Positions 48,616 through 60,839 of a DNA stretch of 64,000 bases are shown one piece after another. The notes under the pieces were generated by a model. That model was given only the letters and a program-made list of their open reading frames with translations, was not told where the DNA came from and made no database searches. The stretch's first letter is position 1. Each line of letters starts with the position of its first letter. Origin of the DNA: Utricularia gibba (lineage: Eukaryota; Plantae; Magnoliophyta); assembly GCA_002189035.1 (NCBI GenBank), contig NEEC01000010.1, forward strand, positions 992,001 through 1,056,000, written 5' to 3'. A program made the translations under genes and the position numbers.

Positions 48616-51071
48616 CTAGACTCTGGCGGTGATGGTCGCCGGATTGTACTGCAAGAGTTGCATCAGCGGCCAGAATATGTCCATCCGATGGAAGCTCTCC
48701 GAAACCTGCGTCATGTAAGGGGGCGAAGGTCAAGGTAGTTATGAATGCTGCCGGAGGATGAGGAGGGGTGGCACCTTGACGATGAAGCGAGCCGACGAGT
48801 GGCCGGAGCTCTTATCCATCACGCCTTTCAGGACTGTCAACTGCAGCCGATGGATCGCATCGGTGAGTTCTAGGAACTGGTCATGGTCTGCGCACGTAAT
48901 CTGATTGAAAAAGAATTGGTGTTGATGGGTGGATTGAAGGTGAAGGGTAATGAGGATGGCGATGGTGTCACTGGAATCGAACCTCTATCAGCATGTGTCC
49001 AGGTTGCTTGAGATCCTTCACAGCAATGGGGCGTTTTTGCTGATCAGCATCTCCTGTTTCAACTGCCCGACTCCCTCCCTTCTGATTTTCAGTTTCAGGC
49101 GATCTCCATTTGCTTTCATCAGCTTCCTGCAGGGAACAAGCGAAGACATAAGAACAAACAGAAACCTGTTGACACAGAAGAGCATTCTGAGGGAGAAGCT
49201 TACATGCTTCTTCAGCGCATCAGCCTGATCGGTGACACTCTTTAAGAAGAGCATGTGATTTATGGTCTTGTCAAGAAGCCCGTCGATGCTACACTGCATT
49301 GTAGTAGAAGAATCAGCAATCTACTAACGGAGAGGGAGAGAACACTCAATAAAGGAATACCTTGCTACTGTCTGGAACAAGCGTCCTCAGCTCTTCCATT
49401 CGCTCCTGGATCAACTGCCTGTCTCGTGGTTTCGAATCTGGAGCATCGTCGCTGCGTTCCTTTCTCTTGTGATTCCTTGGAAATTTTGAAACTTTTGCCC
49501 CCTCCTGGTTTGAGGAATGACTGGCTTTCCTTTGCTCTTCTTTCATCCTCCCGGCTGGAGAAACCGATGGAGTAAAGCACGCGACGGAGTTTGATACCGG
49601 AAAGTCATCTCTCCCACGGCCGGAAACAGACTGCTTCGTGTCTGGTGCATTCAGAAAAGTGACGCTGGACATGCACGATAAAGTATCATCCACTCTGCTG
49701 GATCCATTGGCTTCTAAGAGAGGCTTCATTTCAGCGTTGCATGCAGCAAACAGAACAGGGTTGATTGCCGGAAGGCCAAGCTCTTTCCGCAGTTCCGATT
49801 CTTCAGGAATATTGAAAATGCCACAAATCGATTGCTCAACTCCACCTCCCACAAGATTCATATCCGTATCCTCGAAATCATTCAGAAAAACTCCCAAATC
49901 AATGCCTTCACTGAAAAGGGAGGCCATTAGCATCTCTTCCTGGCGAGCTTCAGCTGAGAGTAGGTATGGGTCATCCATGGGAGACATGCGTAGCGTCGTG
50001 TGATCACCGATTTCCATCTCATTCTCAGGTGAACTCTCTAAGAAAGCAAACACCAGGGATAACTCTGTAATAACGTTTCTCCAGTCAGGTAGCAGAGATT
50101 CCTCGAACCACGCAGGCATATCTTCGGTACGAGAAGGTAATGCAGTATCCTCGGTCAACTGATTCATTCAGAACAAGGTAAATCAGATACAGAGAAACTA
50201 ATGAAAGGAGGGTGAAGTAACCCACAGAGGAAACACAACTTACCATTTCACTTGATCCAAGCTGTAAGACTCCATATAGGCCAACCGGAAGAAGCAGGAT
50301 CGTCTGAATCAGAATTGATCATGAGTATAGATGAAAAACATGCGGGGAAGAAAATGCAATCAAGTAGATGAAAGGACCTTCACTCACCTTAATGCCTTCT
50401 GCAAATTGGAGCAGCCACTCATCAGGATACTGTCAGGAGAATTTTAGGACCTTCACTTAGGACTTGACAGACTACATGAAAGGACTACCAAGTTTGATAA
50501 GAATACTCACGTCAGGAAACAGATCCGAATTGGCGATATCCGCTGCTGCATGCCCTGCATAAATCCAGCGAGCTTGCCTTGTCGAAGCAACATCTCCGAT
50601 TGGCCTTTGAAACACAAAAGTGAAAATGAAACAAGGTCACTTCACATGAAGGATCTATTGACGGTAATACAAGGATGATCATATCATACCCATTTCCAAT
50701 AACATGAGAAGCACTCGACATTTCAGCCACAGCAAGTTCAATGGGATAAGAGCAGAAACTTCCTGATGGCATACATGAACTGAAGGCAGAGGCAAGTATC
50801 TCACTCGATTCTTCAAAGAGAAAAGCATCAGTTTTTCTGACCGCAGAAATCTTTGGATTCTGAAAATTGCAGAAGCCATCTTCCCAGGACAAAACACTGG
50901 ACAAGAGAGTCGTAAGTTTTAGCGATAAACTCAAGAATCAAGATACAAAGTTCCCATCTTCAAGTTGACTTACTTTTCATGCTGATTCATGCGACTCCAG
51001 AGAACCGCATAGTTCCAGGGAGAATAGCAGCAGAGTTTTTGGAGATATGGACGGAAAACACTAACCCCCAT
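48616..51071 (-). CDS. LONESOME HIGHWAY-like bHLH transcription factor (EMB1444/LHL-like)
   Basis: Exon 1 MGVSVFRPYLQKLCCYSPWNYAVLW; LSWEDGFC; YPDEWLLQFAEGIK/TILLLPV..GVLQLGS; bHLH KPRDRQLIQERMEELRTLVP/CSIDGLLDKTINHMLFL; PGHMLIE; last exon SFHRMDIFWPLMQLLQ...*, stop at 48618-48616. Confidence 0.9.
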
Positions 51072-51130
51072 AGACTAAACTAACTAAAACAACTACGAAA
51101 AAAAAAAAAAAAAAACTAGCAAATCAAGCC

Positions 51131-51250
51131 TTAACTCCCCCTATACGAGGCTCGTCCTGCTTGCACAATCCGTAGTCTGAGTTTAACCGGCTGTACCATT
51201 TGTTTCAACAGGCTCAATCTTTTATGCCGCTCAATATCAATATCTGACAT
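51131..51250 (-). promoter_or_regulatory. Conserved-peptide upstream ORF (39 aa) of the LHW-family type
   Basis: MSDIDIERHKRLSLLKQMVQPVKLRLRIVQAGRASYRGS*, ending 60 nt before the bHLH ATG. The C-terminus resembles the recalled LHW-family CPuORF ending (K..AGLR.KQAGRGSYRGS). Confidence 0.85.
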
Positions 51251-52327
51251 AGTTCCCACCGACCCGAAGATAAACAACAGGGGATTTTGCTGCAAAAAGA
51301 AAACACAACAGCCACGTATTAGCGAAAGCTGTAAATACTTAAAACTTCAATTCCCTGCATCAGATCAAAGCAAGGATTTTTCCACAAGGCACCTGTGAGA
51401 GTGGAGCTTCTTACCATCAAGCTCAGCATCAAACGAAGGAACCGTGGCAGAAAAACTCAAATTCGTTAGCCTCCATGACGGATCACCCCCAAAAGAAACA
51501 CAGAAATGCTAATGCGTGTTCACTGTTTGCAAATGCACAAGAAAGTGAGCATCCAACCCTCTCCTTTGTGCGGTTTATATTACACTGGTTCCGTGAGGCT
51601 CTTCCCCTCCTCCCCTCCCATCCCATATTTCATGACAACGAGCAATCCATATACTTTTGTTAATAATTTCCTCTCTAATCCAATCAAAAGTCAACCGAGG
51701 GGTTAGAGGAAAACAATAATAATATTTTTTTTGGGTTTTTTTTACAATTTTTTTTTCCTTTTTTTTGTGCGTGTTTAATTTTTTATACTAAATAAATTTC
51801 TATTTTATATTTTCTTAATGTATAAAAAATTTTACACGTGTTCATGGCGGTTGACACCCACTAAAGCCAGCTAATATTTTTTAATTACTATGGGTAACTT
51901 TTAATTCAATTTTTTATATTACAAATTCAGACAGCGAAGCCAAGGAGAACCTTCGCTTAAGTTGACCTACTAGTTACCACATTTGCAAGTTTTACTCAAT
52001 CTCAATGACGCACGTGCCCAATTGAGTTACCCGTATATGGATAGAAATCATTTTTTAAAATATCCAAAATCCAAAAAGAGAAGAGAAACTGTGTAATATT
52101 TTTTTTAGTAAAAAAATGTATTTCCCTACCGAAATAATAATTTTTTTTAAAAAAAAGTTGTCAGATATGGGTTAATTCATCACTGGGCTGGCTTTCCCTA
52201 GGTAAAGATAGTGCAATTAGAAATTAGGGCAGAGTTGACCCAAAAAAAATAATGTTGGTTCATGATAACTTTGTTTATCAATATCCTCTCAATGTGAATT
52301 TGGATTATCCTAAATGATAGAGGTTAA

Positions 52328-53060
52328 GGGTGCATTTGGTTCATATCTTGAGCTTCATCTAGATCTACTTTATTTGGATGTATTTTGAATGTTTAAAAAT
52401 TAATCCATATTTGTATATGAGTATAATTTATTTAGATTTGAGGCTATGAGAATTTGATATATAAATTAAAAAAATGGTAGGTTTAGAAATTTCTTATATG
52501 AAAATAACTAATTATCTTTGAGGATGACCATGTAACTATTGATGAGGTTATTGACATCAAAATTCTATATTAATTAAATATAAAATAAGTATCATCATTA
52601 CAAACACCATGTCACAGTTCATAGTTAAAAGAACACCAATCATAGTTAACATCAAATTTTCTTAAATCAAGCATCAGTTGACCTAATTTATGTTGAAAAA
52701 ATTAACAATATATACAAATGACCCTTATTCAATGAAAAAAAATGAAGAAAAAAATATCTCAATACAAATTTTTGCATAGTTGTGTTGAAAACCACTGATA
52801 TCAATTTCCACACTCAAGTTACACACCATGCCTTTCAAACCTATGTGAATTGTTTTGAATCTCCAAATAAAATTTATATCTTTATATCAAGAACTTCTTT
52901 TTACTTATGAAAGCCACTCCTATTAATTTTCAGATGAGACAAGTTTCCTAATTTATGAAGATAATAAAAGAAAGTTATGCAGCACTTTTCTCAAGTGATA
53001 CAAAAGGTATTTGTTTGTGTGGTACAATTAGAAAATTTGTGGAACTAAAGATGCACACCC
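52328..53060. mobile_element. Probable Tourist-like MITE
   Basis: TAA-GGGTGCATTTGGTT at the left and an imperfect AACTAAAGATGCACACCC-TAA at the right; AT-rich interior. Confidence 0.45.
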
Positions 53061-53083
53061 TAACAATATGTTCTATTCATGAT

Positions 53084-53599
53084 TGTTATGGGTAAAATCG
53101 GTATCCAATTTTAGGTGATTGGTGTGATCGGGAATGTCGTGCTAATTTGTGTTTTTCACGATAGGTTTTGGTGAAATGAAAACAGGCGAAGATTTTTTAC
53201 GTGGAAACCGTCGGAGAACGGGAAAACCACAGAGCTGTCGGAACTTGTCAAAAAAGATTTCCACTCGATGAAGTTGATGAAGAAGAGGATACAAGTTGAA
53301 GAGTCCTTCCAATCCCCCTTTCTCCCCGTCATGATTTCTTCTATTTATAAGAGAGCTCGATCTGTCCGAATGCTGGCGTCTGCAAATATTGGTTGTTTTG
53401 TGCTTTTGCTATGCAATCTCGCTTTTCAGATATTGGCCGTCTATCATGCCGTAATTCGACCGCTTTTCAGATTGTGCCATGCAGCCGTATCTGTCAGATT
53501 TCTGACAGATATTGGTTTGACGACTGGCGTTATCACCTCAGAGCCTCTTTTGGCAGTTTTTTAGAAGCCGATTACGCCTGACCAATTTATCCCCTATCA
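53084..53599 (-). mobile_element. Solo LTR (516 bp, Ty1/copia-like)
   Basis: Begins TG (53084) and ends CA (53599); 5-bp TSD ATGAT at 53079-53083 and 53600-53604; internal TTTACGTGGAAACC...GGGAAAACCAC and CTATTTATA (TATAAATAG on the minus strand, 53341-53349). Confidence 0.88.
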
Positions 53600-54943
53600 A
53601 TGATAAACAAGGCTAACACTATGTCAAACATGTATGATTCTTTTGATACTACAAGAAGTGACCAAAAAAACAGAATCATTGCTAGTAATACAATTATTAG
53701 AAGTTTATGGCTTAAGTTTATGAAATTTCAACAAATTGGTGGTACTTTTAGTCTAGTTTCAAGAACAAAGGCATAATGACTCATTTATTATAGCCCAATT
53801 TTTTGGTGAAACCAAAACAAAGAATTGTAATAAATGAAAGAAGATAGGTTAAGTAACTCTTTATTTGTTTTTCATTAAAATATATTTCATCATTTTTAAT
53901 GTTTTTACTTTATATTTAATTGTCTTTAATCCAATGATATAATTACTCTATTTTTATTCTGTTGCATGAGATGGAGAAGAATAAAAGCTCTATAATCAAT
54001 TTCAAGAGAATAGTTAGGTGTGTAAATATTTTTTGTTATTGTAATCAAATTGTCCAACTAATATTAGGGTTGAATCTTTTGTATAAATTGTTTTTCAGTG
54101 TGCTTGATATTATGCCTTGTGGTAGATTTAATAATAAGATATTCATCTATAAGTTAAAATGAATCATAAGTTCTAATGGTAAGACACTAGTACTTAATGA
54201 TCTCATCTTGTAGCACATGGGCATTAGATATTGGGCATAACATCCAAGGTCAAGATAATGACATTAATTAAAAAGGACAACATTGAAAATGATATGATAA
54301 TTGAAAAACATTCAAATTTGATTTCGATACATGAAAGACTTCGATGCCATTGCTACTCATATTCCTACAAGAAGTTAAAGCACAAAATTTTGAATATCGG
54401 TTCACCCTTCAAAATCTACCATACCCCAAATTTGATGAAATAGGATGAATTGAGACATTATTTTGTAAATACGTAATTATTTTGAACATTCTATTTTGTA
54501 TACAAATGCAAAGAAACCTTTCTTTTCAACATTAAAACACTTAAATATGCATTTTGAACTTGTAGATTATGTATTACATATTTATTGATAAACTTGATTT
54601 GTAATCACAATAAATGACACACATATTTAATCAAACTTCAGTACTGATTGCTGTAAGTGTAGATGCTTGTGACATTCTTTTGTCTTGCATTTGTAATGGT
54701 TAATGGCAAAAATGAAGAGAAAAATCTGGATAAATTAACTTTCTCGATTTATCTAAATTCACAGAAACAGGTTTCCACACGATATATTGATAACATGCTG
54801 GTATATTTTTACCTGCCTGCAATTTACAAACCAAATGTGGATTTAGAGCTATACGTACATTTAAACCTAAGTAAAACTGCAAACCAAACGGTCCCTACGA
54901 GCTTAACTCTCAAAGCAACATCGGAGATGCTGATTCTAATGTT

Positions 54944-56148
54944 TCACCATGGCGGCATTGTCTGCAGCCTGATGTGTTTATATTTCTGCTCCTTGTTGAA
55001 ACACAAAGCTGCTTCTGTGACCCCCGTCGACAATACTCCTTTCAGAGCATCAACACCCTCCTCTAAAGCCGCATCTATCTGCCAACACCAGTACAGATTT
55101 CCAAGTGTGATCGGTCTTAGAACTTCTAGGAAGTAGAAAGGTCTTCAGGTGTAGGACATACCCTTTCTCGAGCTGTAGCATTGAACTTTTGGAGCACAAA
55201 TGCTTTAGGATCCATTTTACCAGCAGGTCTTCCTATACCTTCGAAGAAGAAGAAGCATTTGAGAGTCACATTATTTAGACCGGTCAAGGGCCAGAAGAAC
55301 ATGAGAAGTTACCTATTCGTAACCGGGGGAATTCGCTATTCCCATGAAAATGCTGGATCACACTTTTCAGCCTACCAAAAAGCTCAAAACATGTAAGGGA
55401 TCAATGGCTTTGACGAAACAAAAAACACAAGGTAACTCGAACAAACAGTATAATGGATGTTACCCATTGTGCCGCCCATGATTTCCGTTTGGACGAAGAC
55501 GAAGGACCCCACAAGGTAAGCCCATGTCATCATGACACTATAATGCTAAAAATTTGATAATCAGAAGGGAAATGGCAGATAACAGTCTGTAAAAACTAAG
55601 GGTGAAAAATCAGATAGCCAAAGGTACCACTAGAACTCGATTGAGTGGAAGCTTATAGTATGCTGCAAGAGGGCCGCTCTGCCAGAAAGGAGGAGCAGCC
55701 AACTAAAATCTAAATCACATAAACCAACAAAAAAAAATTAGAAGCGAATTCAGTATTAGATGCTCACAGATTCACCAACTAAATTCATGTACGTCTGAGG
55801 CTTAGCCAAGAAAACTGAAACACCGTTGAGTGAGCCTGAAACAGCGGACACGGAATAAATTCATCAAAACCAAAGCACAAGTTTATGAACACAGAAACCT
55901 TGAAAATCAATTTCAAAACCTTTTCCAAACACAGCTTTACAGTGAATAGAATCCATTGCAATCCCAAGCGATTGCGCAAAAGCATCAATGATTTCAAACC
56001 CCACATTGTGCCTGGTGCCAATGAATTTGTCCCCTGGATTTCCCAACCCCACAAAAAGCCAAGGCCGTGGATTAGGATAAACAGCATTGCTACTAAAGCA
56101 TTTCCTCGACACTCTGCTTAGAATCATATTGAAGGGCAATCTTTTCAT
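54944..56148 (-). CDS. PTH: Peptidyl-tRNA hydrolase, organellar (PTH/CRS2 family)
   Basis: [91 protein letters not shown]; multi-exon. Confidence 0.92.
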
Positions 56149-56656
56149 CTACAGCCTCGACGACCATTACAGGTTGCTCGCGACACGGTCATCAGATTCG
56201 TGAAACTGATGGGCATCAAGGAAGCCCCGAGATATTCAAATACTCCTTCGAAAGCACCAATTGTTCAAAGCGCTTGAGTCTATAATGAAATAAACAAAAA
56301 AGCGAGACAAAGCAGAAAGCAAATCGAAGTTAGAAAGAAGCCAAAGGCTTCTCTAACGCGGAATTCACTTCTGCGTCTGTGGACTGCCGCCGTTGTGCCG
56401 TCGGTCCGAAACAGCCTGCTCGCCGGCAAACCAGAACAAAAAAAAACACAAAAGACTTATTAGCAAATTGGGTTGGATTAAGGCCCATATAGTAACCCCT
56501 TGAATGTCTTTTAAAAGGCTTATTCATTCTTGGCCCAAATAGGATCGTCCACTCCATTAGCTCCATCTTCATCCTTCTGCACCTGTCTCTTCCCATTGGA
56601 TTCCTCCTCATACCTCACAAGCTTTTAGGTTTCTGCTGGAGTTTTCTTCCTCGGAA

Positions 56657-58533
56657 ATGGCTCTCACCTTCAGTATATATCATCTTCCCCGCAGTAACCA
56701 TGACCCCGCATTATCTTCTTCACGATTCTCCCTCACCCAGCACCGCCCTGCCCTGCGTTTCAGCTCATGTAATCTAATTAACCCTCCAAGGTATCATAAT
56801 TGAATGCGGCAGTCATCAGTCGGAGTATTTCTCTTTTTCCTGATTATTTGTGGTTCTTCTGAAAGGATCTGCGGTGGGCTTGTCGCAGACGACGAACCCT
56901 GTACGTGGGCTGCCATACGACGTCGGACTCGAAACCGATGGCTGGAGACAGAATGCTGGTTGGTTCATGGCTTCTTATGTATTATGCTGATGCTGATAAT
57001 TCATCTGAATCGACGTTTCTTCGTCGTTCATCGTGTGATTAACATGGTGATACTTACGGTGCCTAGGTGTTTGTTCCACCCCATCCTTTGATCAAGCATT
57101 GGGTTGCAGTTCTACGCAACGAACAGACTCCCTGCCCGGTTTTCAGTAAGTTCCATAAAGCATAGAACGGGAGGCACATAAGACTTTATGATGTTGATCT
57201 CCTTAATGAGCATTTACTAACATAGAGAACGCCATGGCCGAGCTTGGGAGATTGCTGATCTATGAAGCATCAAGAGACTGGCTGGTAAGCTTCAATTACC
57301 CACATCATAATCACTCTGTAATCCTTGAATGTTTTGTCATTTAACCGAGTGCGTTGCTTGACGGCAGCCGACTATCAGCGGAGAGATCAATTCACCTATG
57401 AGTGCTGCAACAGTTGAATTTGTGGATCCAAGGGAGCCAATTGCTGTGAGTTTAGGCTTCCTATGTCTCTGTGTATGCATATGCTCAACCCCTGGCTGTT
57501 ATACTTGTGTACAGATCATTCCTATATTGAGAGCTGGGCTGGCACTCGCGGAGCATGCATCTTCTATTTTACCAGCAACAAAGACATATCACCTAGGTAT
57601 TTGAGATGTATAATAATTCTGCTTTCTTGCTCTTAGCCATTCTTCCAAAGCATTTCATGTGGCTTTTTCTGGTCTTCCCAAGATTTATTTGATCATGTGG
57701 TGTTTGCTGTGCGGATCTTCAGGGATTAGCAGAGACGACGAAACACTTCTGCCGACTGTTTATCTGAACAAGTAAGAGCCAACATAAACAGTGTTGCCCT
57801 GTATTTCCCATCCAGGCATCGCACCGACCGTGCAGTGTTTGCAGCACAAACCAGTTTCAAATTTAGCCTTTTTGTTGCCGAACTAATGCAAGGAATGAAC
57901 CCAGGTTGCCTGAAAACTTCCCAGAAAGCACCCGAGTGTTCGTGGTCGATCCAATGCTTGCAACAGGGGGTACTCTGGTTGCTGCTCTGGAACTTATAAA
58001 GGAAAGAGGAGTTGCCAACAAACAAATAAAAGTGGTTAGTTTAGATCACTACTCTTCTTTGACATTTGTAGTAATCTTTGGATCGCCCGCATGGTGATCT
58101 TCATGAAATGAGAAAGACATTGCCATAGGATAGCAGCTCTATGCTTGTTTACCTTAGCCACATTTTACTTACCAGGGAGATGCTTTCTGCAGATATCTGC
58201 TGTGGCAGCACCTCCTGCTCTTCAGAAACTAAGCGAGAAGTTTCCCGGGTACTTGTGTAGTCACAAAGCTGTGTTCCCTTCTGGTTTTATCATGGTTTCT
58301 TCCAGACCAAAGTTCACGTCTACCTTTTTCAGGCTTCATGTATATGCTGGGATTCTGGACCCTACTGTCAATGACAGAGGGTAAGCAACCTTTTCCAAGG
58401 CTTCCTGGATCCGCAGCAGCAACAACAAAACGGGCGATTACTGTACATTGCTGACTATTCTTCTTGATGGTTGCTTCCCAGGTTTATAATTCCAGGACTA
58501 GGAGATGCAGGGGATCGAAGCTTCGGCACATAA
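56657..58533 (+). CDS. UPP: Uracil phosphoribosyltransferase with N-terminal transit peptide
   Basis: [49 protein letters not shown] (PRPP-binding motif), [25 protein letters not shown]. Confidence 0.94.
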
Positions 58534-59009
58534 GACACCAGATTCCTTTCTATACAAGTACCTTGTTTTGTTCTGGTCGGCCATTTTGCAACTGGTTGGC
58601 GTGTATCTCCATTCGCTAAAGATTCGGAACCGGAAGATCAGGAACACGCTCTGATTACACGAGTTATATCAAAATCTTTCAATGCCTTGAGTAACAAAAG
58701 AAATGCAGCAGAATCATATCAATGGATCTCACATTTGAAAATGGTCAAAGCATTTATGGAGGGTCGAGCTTAAGAAGAACAAGTGAGGTCTGTGCAGTGT
58801 AGAGGGCAAAATCCAAATATACATATTACAGGTAGGTAGCATACGCTAAAATAGAGGCACTTCATGTCTTGCACTACGATTCTAAGCTGTTCTTCGATAC
58901 AAACCATACAATTTCTCAAACATGAACACAAGAGAATACGGCAGGAAGAAGCATCAATTGAATACTTAATTGCAAGTAACCTGATGTTTATTCCACGCGC
59001 GTAAGCAAC

Positions 59010-60280
59010 CTAAATCTCACTATAGTTGCGCCACACAGCACGAAACTCCTCTCGAAATGTGTTCAAGCGAGCTTTTAGGTTTGGTGTCCTGATGCTTGCA
59101 TGAAGAAGGGTGGCTGAGAGTGTCATGAGGGGTAAAGCATTAGAAACTAGAATGCATGTATACATACTCAAGAGTTGCATGAGGACTCAAATTACCCAGA
59201 AGCCCGATAGCCAACGCCCAAAGGAGGGTAAGGAGGCCACACGAGACCAACCAGATGATGAAACTAACTGAAAAAATGAAATGATCATTAAGACTGAAGA
59301 AAAGATACGATTATTCTTAGATTAAAGAACCTCAGAAACTTTCACCTGATGAAAATACAAGAACAAATACCCATCGAGGCCTTCCACAGACATGTATTGC
59401 TCGTTTGGAAGATGGGCGCCCACGAATAACAGGCCTGACATTGTAAAAAAAGTTCGGATTAGAAAAGCTGAATCGAATTCTCAGCAGTACAAGAACGTAA
59501 GGAACACTCACGTCAATGGAGGTCTCATTTTTGCAGCTAAATGTGGAGAGAACTGCCTGACTGTTCTCGTGACTTTTTCACTGAATGTACTTGCAAAGCT
59601 AAGAAAAAAGAAACAGCAAAACGACGTAAGTCCCCATAAGAACAAACGGAAACTTCTATCCACAAGCACAAAATTCAATTTCAACTTAAGGGAGCAGAAA
59701 AAACGAAAGGAATAAAAACTCAGAGCAAGAACAACCAAACAGGTGGATTAAAAGATGCATTGATATACCTATCATTCAGAAACGCAACACTAAGCGCTGT
59801 CATTAGAGCGGCAACAATTGCCAGAGGCCTTCTAAGAAAGCCCATGCCTGAAACACAAATCCGTAGAGATGCCAATAAACATTCCGGAACAGGGAATCAA
59901 CAACTAAAAAATGCACATAATTGTCCAGAGAAACAAGCTCACCTAGAATAAAAATGATGAGGATGAAATAATTGGTCCGGTAGCTGTAAACAAAAGCATG
60001 TCCCAAAAAAAACCCTTTTCAGAAAGATGAAATGTATAAACTTCAGAAATTTCATTCCAAAATCCTGAAGGCAACTCAGCGTTGCTGATGCGATAAAAAA
60101 ATTGAAGAAAACTTGAACCTACTAATAAAGATTGCACTTAAGGCGGCTGTTCCATTTAGCATACGATCGAGGAAACGTGAATCGCGAGAAGAACTCCGAC
60201 AGAGGACGCGGCGGCGACGACCAATCGACTTCTCGCAACGCCTCAATCAGATCCTCCGCAGTCACGTTGCTCCAATCCAT
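59010..60280 (-). CDS. PRA1.A: Prenylated Rab acceptor PRA1.A-type protein (7 short exons)
   Basis: MDWSNVTAEDLIEALREVDWSSPPRPLSEFFSRF...RLKCNLYY/YRTNYFILIIFILG/MGFLRRPLAI...FLND/SFASTFSEKVTRTVRQFSPHLAAKMRPPLT/PVIRGRP...CGRPRWVFV/.../HASIRTPNLKARLNTFREEFRAVWRNYSEI*; the junctions read as GT-AG and in phase. Confidence 0.93.
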
Positions 60281-60839
60281 TTTTTAGGAAAATTCTCCGG
60301 TGGAAACAACGGCGAACTAGGATCAGGTAGCGAAAACGAAACAAGCTTTTTTTTTTGGAAAACGTGAAGAGTATGATTCCAATAGAATAAACCCCCTGTA
60401 ATTGTAAATAGAAACCCTAATTTGAATGAGAATTAAATAACACTAAAAGAACAAATAATAATAAAAAAAGCCCCCAGTTTTCTGAGCAGCTGCCGTCGCA
60501 TTGAAACGGCGCCGTTCTGGTGGCGATGGCGTCAAGCAACTTCTCAATCTCGTCAATTTCCAGAAAACCCTATTAACCTGTTATTACCAATGTCCACCAA
60601 TCATTGATTTCGCTTCTACTCAATGAAAGTGGTCGATTGTCCAACTTGCGTGCGTTACCCTCATCATCTTCACACGGAAACCCAATAAAGGAGCCTTGAA
60701 TAATTTGGTAATACTGAGGGCGGATTCCAGCAGATTTCAAAAAAGACCACTTTTGGGGGTATATTGTATTGTTTTGTTGCTACTTTTTTACCGGTTTTGA
60801 GTAAAGGTTTTTTTGTTTGTGTTTGCTGAAGGTTTTGCA

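Noticed and set aside
48458-48733. 91-aa minus ORF as the bHLH last exon or a separate gene
   Set aside because: The real last exon is in another frame (SFHRMDIFWPLMQLLQ, stop at 48616).
53268-53581. ORFs of 98 and 62 aa
   Set aside because: They lie wholly within the solo LTR and show no gag/pol motifs.
54663-55136. 157-aa plus-strand ORF
   Set aside because: Antisense shadow of the PTH last exon and 3' UTR.
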